From contig OX597835.1 in NCBI GenBank assembly GCA_951406725.2, positions 19,778,001 through 19,842,000 of the forward strand: DNA of 64,000 nucleotides, in the 5' to 3' direction. Positions 55,416 to 64,000 of this stretch are shown here, piece after piece (within the stretch, counting starts at the first letter, position 1; each line of letters starts with the position of its first letter). The stretch comes from Octopus vulgaris (lineage: Eukaryota). Under the pieces are notes generated by a model. It was not told the DNA's origin and did no database searches. It worked only from the letters and a program-made list of their open reading frames with translations. Made by a program: the position numbers and the translations under genes.

Positions 55416-55802
55416 TGGAGGCGCAATGGCCCAGTGGTTAGGGCAGCGAACTCGTGATCGTAGGATCGCGGTTTCGATACCCAGACCGGGCGTTGTGAGG
55501 GTTTATTGAGCGAAAACACCTAAAGAAGCTCCATGAGGCCCCGGCAGGGGATGGTGGTGATCCCTGCTGTACTCTTTCACCACAACTTTCTCTCACTCTT
55601 AGTTCCTGTTTCTGTTGTACCTGTATTTTAAGGGGCCGGCCATGTCACTCTCTGTGTGACGCTGAATATCCCCGAGAACTACGTTAAGTGTACACATGTC
55701 TGTGGAGTGCTCAGCCACTTACACGTTAATTTCACGAGCAGGCTGTTCCGTTGATTCGGATCAACCGGAAACCTCGTCGTCGTAACCGACGGTGTGCTTC
55801 CA
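55416..55802 (+). mobile_element. SINE family C, full length, TSD atatcatctatgc
   Basis: Head ggaggcgcaatggcccagtggtt..ggtttcgatacccag; flanking direct repeats. Confidence 0.92.
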
Positions 55803-56199
55803 TTCCATATCATCTATGCGTGAGAGCAAGATGCGAGTGCGCAAGTGTGCAAACAGGTGTCTGCGTATGCGCGTGTTTGCTAGGGTGCATGCACGCATCG
55901 GTGCACGTGCATATCAAACGTGAGTGCGTACGTGTGTGGGCGATAATGTGGGTGAACACGTCAGAAATTTATACCAGCTGCGTGGAAATCAGTTGTCTGA
56001 ATGTATGTGTGTGTGTGTGTGTACCAGTTATATACTCGTGCATAAATACCTGTATTCCTGTATTTATATGTGAACATACAAAATGGTGAATATTTGTCTG
56101 AAAGACCATGGATACGTGCATGCATATATTTTACTTTGTTGTCTAAGCGTCCGCACAACCTGGCACTGACATACACACACACACATTTATATATATATA

Positions 56200-56583
56200 C
56201 TAGCAGTATCGCCCGGCGTTGCTCGGGTTTGTAAGGGAAATAACAATATAAGAGTTATAGCCAAAAAAATAGCAAAAAATGCATTAAAAATGGAAAAAAA
56301 TGGTGGTAATTTTTTTTTTAAATCGTTGACTCATCGTAGACATTTTTAGAGAGTTACTTCCCTTGTATAATAGTGAAAAAAATGCATTAAAATGGAAAAA
56401 ATGATGGTAATTTTTTAAAAATCGTAGACTCATCGTAGACGCACGCTAATACCCAGAAGGGCTCGATATGAATCACGACTATAAGATACCCGGTTTTGGT
56501 TAAACTGCACCGCAAAATGTGGGAGTAGTTAGGAATCTAAATCGTAGGAGACAGACATACAACTTCACTTTTATATATAAAGA
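56200..56583 (-). mobile_element. Non-autonomous Helitron
   Basis: Minus strand TCTTTATATATAAAA..cccgagcaacgccggg..CTAG; 5' part matches the 30836 copy; internal duplication of the aaatcgt.gactcatcgtagac block. Confidence 0.88.
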
Positions 56584-56604
56584 TATATATATATATATAT
56601 GTGT

Positions 56605-56652
<48 letters not shown>

Positions 56653-56781
56653 GTGTTTGTGTTTCTGCATATATATATTGCTTTAGTGCAAAATATGTTG
56701 TCGCCCCTTTCACTTATCTTCTTACTCTCATACGTAAATGTCTATCTCTCGCTTCTCTCTCTCTCCCATTCACTGTATATA

Positions 56782-56946
56782 TGCGCAGGAGTGGGTGTGT
56801 GGTAAGTAGATTGCTAACCAACCACATGGTTGCGGGTTCAGTCCCACTGCGTGGCATCTTGGGCAAGTGTTTTCTCCTATAGCCCCGGGCCGACCAATGC
56901 CTTGTGAGTGGATTTGGTAGACGGAAAATGAAAGAAGCCTGTCGTA

Positions 56947-57027
<81 letters not shown>

Positions 57028-57160
57028 CTGTTTGTGTGTCTGTGTCTGTGTTTGAATAAGTACTAGGCTTACAAAGAATAAGTCTCTGGGTCGATTTGCT
57101 CGACTAAAGGCGGTGCACCAGTATGGCCACAGTCAAAATGACTGAAACAAGTAAAAGAGT
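56782..57160 (+). mobile_element. SINE family B with internal deletion
   Basis: Family similarity; lacks the gtccccc..accgata segment. Confidence 0.88.
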
Positions 57161-57757
57161 ATATATATATATATATATATATGCACATATGTTGTATACA
57201 TGCCTCTAAGTATATAGATATATACAATATTTGTGTGTGCCTCAGTTTTGCGAATGTGTATGTGTGTGTATGAGTGCGACCGTGTATGTGTGTATTTACG
57301 TAAAAACATGTTTGCAAACCAACCCCCCAAAAAATTACAGTACGCATACATAACACTTACAAACATAGATAGATGCTTATTCACATCTACGTATAAGTTG
57401 ACTTTATGCAATGTTGTTTGATTTCTGGTCAGGAAATAAATTAGATTGGAGATGTGGGACATATGAACACAGCAGGATGTTAAATTTTGTAGTTGAACAA
57501 TAATTTGGAAAATGTCAGTTTTAATTCAATTAATTTTCTAATAGAAAATGTTGAAAATATTGAGAAATTCTTCGATATTGTGTCAGATATTTCATGTATA
57601 TTTATATGAATGTTCACATAATTTTAGTTCACATAATTTGAATACACCGCAATTTATATACACGATCATATATACTGACGTACATTGTTTGATATAGATG
57701 CTTGTTGCAAAATATACAAGCCACACATGCACACACAAGCACACATATGTATGTATG

Positions 57758-57799
<42 letters not shown>

Positions 57800-57839
57800 C
57801 GTGCATACATACACACACATATGTATAAGTATATTTATA

Positions 57840-57870
<31 letters not shown>

Positions 57871-57941
57871 CACATATATATCTAATTAATGAAATTTTAT
57901 AGACATTATTAAAATGTTTGAATGTATGAACATATATATGT

Positions 57942-58018
<77 letters not shown>

Positions 58019-58160
58019 TATATATATATACATACATATATACACACACACATACACACACACACAGATACATATACGACGGGCTTCATTCAGTTTCCCT
58101 CTGCCAAATATTTGGTCGTCCCGAGGCTACGGTAGAGGATAGATAGATAGATAGATAGAT

Positions 58161-58191
<31 letters not shown>

Positions 58192-58464
58192 TAGATGGAG
58201 TAGAGGCAGAATGAATATGGAGTAGAACGTCTGAGTAAGCAAGGGTAAAGATGAATGGGAAGAGAAACATGTTTTTAACCAAACGAGAAAACCATTGTTT
58301 CACATGCTCACAAAACGATGCGTTTTTACAAAGCCTCAACATAACTTTTCTGCATATTCAGTGACTTCTGCCTTTAAAACAGAAACTCCGACGAGGAATA
58401 GAATATATTTCTCAGGACAAAACAGCAATCGTAATTCGTTATTTAATTGAAATACCTTTGCATT

Positions 58465-59005
58465 GGAGACTTTAGCATGCCGGTTGAAATGCTTAGCGGT
58501 ATTTCGTCTGCCGTTACGTTTTGAGTTCAAATTTCGCCGAGGTCGACTTTGCCTTTCATCCATTCGGGGTCGATAAACTAAGTACCAGTTACGCACTCGG
58601 GTCGATATAATCGACTTAATCCGTTTGTCTGTCCTTGTTTGTCCCCTCTGTGATTAGCCCCTTGTGGGTAGTAAAGAAATAGGTATTTCATCTGTCTTTA
58701 TGTTCGGGTTTCAAATTCCGCTGAGGTCGAATTTGCCTTTTATCCTTTCGGGGGTCGATAAACTAAGTACCAGTTACGCACTGGGGTCGATATAATCGAC
58801 TTAATATGTTTGTCTGTCCTTGTTTGTCCCCTCTGTGTCCTCTCTGTGTCCTGTGGTCGATCTAATCGACTGGTACCCTCCCCAAAAATTTCGGGCCTTA
58901 TGCCTAGAGTAGAAAAGTATAGTTCGCACCCCGGGAAAAAAACTCTTAGATGCATTTCGTCTGTTTTCACTTTCTGAGTTAAAATTCTGCCGAAGTCACC
59001 TTTCA
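58465..59005 (+). mobile_element. SINE family A dimer plus a short degenerate copy
   Basis: Unit restarts at ~58498 and ~58682; terminal tail ends ~58918. Confidence 0.88.
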
Positions 59006-59514
59006 GGATACACAACAAGAATATTACCCTATCACACTGAAATCGCTTGTTTTGTATCAAAATTTGAAACTCTGATGCAATTTCTGCGGTGTTGCAGTAT
59101 AGAAATGACGGGCAAATTTTGTTCGTTACTTACAAATTTTTAGTCAATAACGGATAAACATTGAATGCCTTTGGAACAACATATGTAGAACTTACATTGG
59201 TAAAGAGATATTTATCAGCTACTGGTGCGTTACAGTTCTTTTAGAAATACCTTGTTTGTCTACATTGATCGTATCATAAACAATCCTTTACAACACATTT
59301 ACCATTCAAAGTTATTCACGAGCTTAACATCGTATGATGGCGTTTCTGTTTTATATCTCAGTGAGCTAAAGTTAGTAAACTTTCTTCCTGAATTAAAAAC
59401 AGACGTTCTCAAAAATATGTGACGCGGTATAGTATGTGTTGCTAAATACGAATTAAATGAAATATCAGGCGTGACGTTCCTTTTTGCATGTGTGGATCGT
59501 ACGTTCGAGAATGA

Positions 59515-59830
59515 TAACCTGATTGTCTGAAAAACAAAACCACTAGTAGCCACCATTTTCTTAGCCAAATATTTAGTGACAATTTATTGACGTTGTTCTT
59601 TCAATACATATCAAACACAATTTCTGTCTATTTCACGTATTCTACAGCTAAAATAATTATACTATATGCTACGAATTCAGGAAACATGCGAGACATTTAT
59701 GTAATCATACGACCTGCGTGAAAGAGCAGTTAAACATTTGTCAAGTCACATCTTAACTTTATCAAAATTTGCGGAAAACTATACTACTTAATAAGAGATA
59801 TCTGGTGTAACACAAGGTGAAAAGATGTTG
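59515..59830 (+). repeat. 316-bp dispersed direct duplication, copy 1
   Basis: Matches 63030-63345 with about 6 substitutions. Confidence 0.95.
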
Positions 59831-59991
59831 CTAATAACTGAATCAAACCCCAAAACTGATTATAACCAGCAGTGAGTAACTTAAATATCGGTTTCGTATT
59901 TTGGCACAAGGCCAGCAATGTTGAGGAGAGGGAAAGTCGATTACATCAACCCCATTACAATATTGTTACTTATTTTACATACCACATTCGA

Positions 59992-60360
59992 TGCAAGCAC
60001 TCCGTCGGTTGCGACGACGAGGGTTCCGGTTGATCCGATCAACGAAACAGCCTGCTCGTGAAATTAACGTGTAAGTGGCTGAGCACTCCACAGACACGTG
60101 TACCCTTAACGTAGTTCTCGGGGATATTCAGCGTGACACAGAGAGTGACAAGGCCGGCCCCTTGAAATACAGGCACAACAGAAACAGGAAGTAAGAGTGA
60201 GAGAAAGTTGTGGTGAAAGAGTACAGCAGGGATCACCACCATCCCCTGTCGGAGCATTGTGGAGCTTTTAGGTGTTTTCGCTCAATAAACACTCACAACG
60301 CCCGGTCTGGGAATCGAAACCGCGATCCTACGACCGCGAGTCCGCTGCCCTAACCACTGC
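59992..60360 (-). mobile_element. SINE family C nested in a degenerate minus-strand SINE A (59888-60460)
   Basis: Family similarity; SINE A halves on both sides. Confidence 0.88.
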
Positions 60361-61489
60361 CTACCACTTAAGGGATGAAAGGCAAACTCACTTCGGCGTA
60401 ATTTTAACTGAGAATATAATGACGGACGAAATGCCGCTAAGCATTCTGTCCGGTCGCCGCTTTCAGGAACCTGAAAAAATTAACAGAACATTCCACCAAA
60501 TTCAATCAAGCTTTTGACAAAGTACTTCCTAAGACATGCTAAATTCATTTTGCTTCAGATATTCAGCTTTAGGAGAAAATAGATGCTTCCAATATAACTG
60601 GAAGAACCGAAATTTGGAGCGAGAGAATTAATCAACTGAATCGAAAAGAGACTCTTAGGTGAGCTGTCTTGGAAGGATCGTTCGAGAAGTTTCAACTGAA
60701 CGCAAAAAGCAGTAATAAAGAGCACTAGGCATTTTATTGCCAATCAACCATATTTTAGTAAAAAAAAACAAAACAACCTATTATTGTAGCTGAAAACTAA
60801 TAAATTTGATCGAAGGGGATTAGTTGATGTAATCTTGGCTGACATTTTATATTTTCGAACTCCGAAGAATAAAAGGCAAAAGTCATATCGATAGAATTTG
60901 TAGCAGGGTCTAAAGTCTTGGATGGGACAACAAATATTTAATTCCGACTCTTTAATGATACACTTCTTCCATGGGCCGTCAAGTAATAAATCGAAATAAT
61001 AATTCAAAAGAGAAAATATTATAATACTTGTTTTTTTTTTATGTTTTATCAATATTCTTTTTGGAAACGCATGAATACTCCTTCATCCTTTTTCAGATAA
61101 AATATTTATGTTTCACCCACGTAGACACATAATCCGATTTTACGTGAAAGGAGTTATATTGATTAAATATCACCAGCACTTGACTGCTAATTTATTTTAT
61201 CGACCCTGGAATGACGAAACACGAAATTTGTTCACGATTGCATCTCAAGCAGTAAAAGGCTGACATGAATTTACAGACGCACCATCGTTTCTATTAAAGC
61301 ACATCTTTAGAGGAAAAGTTAACGCTTATAGGTTCTGAATTCAAGGCATAAAGAAAATGTTTATCAATTTCAATATCAGAAAATAATTTTTTTAATACTG
61401 AATCAATTGCTCAACCAAATTCCATTGTTCAGATCACATAAGAAAATTGTGGAAGCAGCGGATTTGGTGCTGGCAATTATGGATACTGA

Positions 61490-61700
61490 ATTCAAATCTT
61501 GGTACAAGCCAGCAATTTCGGAGGGTAGAGTAAGTTGTTTAAATCAATACCAGTAGTCAGCTCGTACTTATGTTTATTGATCCCTGAAATTTATTAAAGC
61601 AAAAGCAGAGTGTGGCGGAATTTGAAGTCAGAACGAAAAATATGACGACATACCACTTATCGTTTTGCCGAGCTTACTAAAGATTCTGCCGTCTCACTCC
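61490..61700 (-). mobile_element. SINE family A, very degenerate
   Basis: ggtacaagccagcaatttcg..ggcggaatttgaagtcagaacg..attctgcc. Confidence 0.55.
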
Positions 61701-61848
61701 TACAGTAATTGTGGATATTAAAATAAATCTGCTTGTAGGTTGTGAATAAATTGATATTTTATTACCTTCTTTTACATAATGATTAATTGTAACTCGGATG
61801 ATCAAAATATGCCTTCCGATAATTTCGTTCGGCATTCGATAAAATAAG

Positions 61849-62261
61849 GGATCTTTTCGGTTTGAACGGCAGTTTTTTAAAATAATTTTGACGTAACTAA
61901 ACACTTTTAAACTTCGTACACTGTTAGATTGTGTTTATAAAACATCCTTTTCTCTTGGCCTTATTGAGAAAATTCTATAGTTTGTAAGATATTTGTTGCT
62001 TTTTTCTTCAATTTCTGCAATTTCAACCAATCAATGACGTCCATTGAGGTAAACAACATTCTGTGCCGTATGAATATTTCTCTCGCTTAAGAAACAGATT
62101 AGGTTTATTTACATTTGTGAAGAAAAAAGATACCCTTCCCACCCCTAACCCTAACCCTAAAACAGATTGAAATGCAATAGATAGATACAAGGGTTATGAT
62201 TATGGGTGACAATTTCATATGACACCGCTAGAAAAAACTGCCGTTCAAACCGAAAAGATCC
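61849..62261. mobile_element. MITE / non-autonomous DNA transposon with 30-bp perfect TIRs and internal (CCCTAA)3
   Basis: TIR ggatcttttcggtttgaacggcagtttttt at 61849-61878 and its reverse complement at 62232-62261; ccctaa x3 at 62143-62160. Confidence 0.9.
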
Positions 62262-63029
62262 GTGCCTTCCGATAATTTCGTTCGGCATTCGATAAAATAA
62301 GATTGAAAGTATAAGATAGTATCAGAATATACTTAGTTGGTTTTGCAGTGAGGAGTAAAAATACAAACATTTCTATGTAGCCCTCACCATAAGAACGAGA
62401 CTAGAATTATTTCGAACATGGCTTCGTCATCGGTTGGCGGTAAAAACTGGTTTACATTTATTCTTTAAGACACTGATATTCGTTTCATTTTAAGGAATTG
62501 ATATTTTAGTGTAATAACAGAATATTACAAACTACTCTGTGCTGTTTAGATACAACCGTTTACATTTGGAGTTCAGTCCCTATCGGGGTCAACAAAATTA
62601 TTTTTCATCCTTTTCGTATCTTAACTGTAATGTATCACACAAGGTACCAGGTTCGGTTTAATCGATCATACCACTTTTCCGTCTAAGAAATCAATATAAT
62701 CAACGCTTGTCTTCTTTTCGTTTTTATTTCGTTTATTTGTTTTGCTTACATTATATTTTGAAGCAATTTTTTTTTTATCTCTGAACTTACATTTATTTTT
62801 TTTGTAATTCAGTGACATAAATATCTATATTTCTTTCTCAAACGTACAGGGTTTGTGCTGCTGTGTCTTACATTTGGTAATTTTGTGTTTATCTCATCAC
62901 ATGTCTTTCATTTTTTTTTATTTTCTGTCTTACAATTCCCTCAAGGTGTATAACACTCCTTAATTCATGATATGGGTCAACTCTAAATGCGATTCCATTT
63001 ATTTGATTATAGCCAAGAGCCAATCACAT

Positions 63030-63345
63030 TAACCTGATTGTCTGAAAAACAAAACCACTAGTAGCCACCATTTTCTTAGCCAAATATTTAGTGACAATTT
63101 ATTGACGTTGTTCTTTCAATACATATCAAACACAATTTCTGTCTATTTCACGTATTCTACAGCTAAAATAATTATACTATATGCTACGAATTCAGGAAAC
63201 ATGCGAGACATTTATGTAATCATTCGACCTGCGTGAAAGAGCAGTCAAACATTTGTCAAGTCACATCTTAACTTTATCAAAATTTGCGGAAAACTACACT
63301 ACATAATCAGAGATATCTGGTGTAACACAGGGTGAAAAGATGTTG
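63030..63345 (+). repeat. 316-bp dispersed direct duplication, copy 2
   Basis: Matches 59515-59830. Confidence 0.95.
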
Positions 63346-63379
63346 GAAACTCTTTCGGCAAATGTGCAACCCACATGGC

Positions 63380-63487
<108 letters not shown>

Positions 63488-63489
63488 AT

Positions 63490-63682
63490 TGATGGAACGC
63501 TGAAATCCAGAAGATGTTTTAGTTCTCTCTCTTTTAATTTTTTTTCTTATCCCTTTCAATTGAAGAGTGTAGGCTCGAAACGTAAAAGCACCTTTCCATT
63601 TTCTTGAGCGTCAAAATAATACACTTGCTACTTGTTCATACACCTGTCTTTGTCTTTAGGTTTTCTATAACGTACAACTCTC
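63490..63682 (+). mobile_element. Microsatellite-flanked element related to 38682-38872, with degenerate hammerhead-like motif (63553-63588)
   Basis: cttt-caattga-agagt gtag gctc-gaaac-gta-aaag; shared tgagcg..taatac 3' part. Confidence 0.65.
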
Positions 63683-63742
<60 letters not shown>

Positions 63743-63780
63743 GTGTGTATATATACATGTATATATATATATATTTTTTT

Positions 63781-63990
63781 TCAACATGTGACCTCGTGAG
63801 CACCGCCAGCAATTTTGTTTCCTCTGTCTTCCCTTCTCGGTATCTTTCCTTCTCCTTTGTTTCCGACGAAGAGCTCTGCTCGAAACGTTAAACCTCCTTC
63901 CCTTCTTTCCTGAGCGTCCGATAATACTTTATTTGTTCCACGTCCTCGCGTTGCTGTGTTTTTTGTGTTTTCTTGTTTGTATTAACTTTA
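63781..63990 (+). mobile_element. (TA)n-flanked element with variant hammerhead-like motif (63859-63893)
   Basis: GTTT-CCGACGA-a-GAGC tct GCTC-GAAAC-GTT-AAAC; same family as 34437-34638. Confidence 0.75.
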
Positions 63991-64000
63991 TATATATATA

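Noticed and set aside
62143-62160. (CCCTAA)3 as a telomere or fusion scar
   Set aside because: Only three units, internal to a TIR element.

Overview
AT-rich eukaryotic non-coding DNA (intronic or intergenic), saturated with (TA)n, (CA)n, (AAT)n, (ATC)n and (AAG)n microsatellites. I see no intact protein-coding gene; nearly all supplied ORFs are translations of microsatellites or repeats. The repeat content resembles an octopus/cephalopod genome, which is an inference from remembered SINE sequences and repeat density, not a database result. Recognisable elements are four tRNA-headed SINE families (labelled A-D here), 3' fragments of R4/Dong-clade retrotransposons inside (TAA)n arrays, a decayed Penelope-like GIY-YIG element, RTE-like and mariner remnants, three non-autonomous Helitrons sharing one 3' end, a TIR element with telomere-like repeats, a 15-bp minisatellite and a 218-bp tandem array. 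The most interesting signal is a set of small (TA)n-flanked elements that carry minimal type I hammerhead-ribozyme motifs with palindromic stem III, as known for Penelope-like elements. Two unrelated ones form fold-back inverted repeats (26594-27260 and 51736-51981) with a hammerhead motif on each strand and a ~70-nt unpaired tail. All alignments and folds were done by eye, so coordinates of degenerate copies are approximate.
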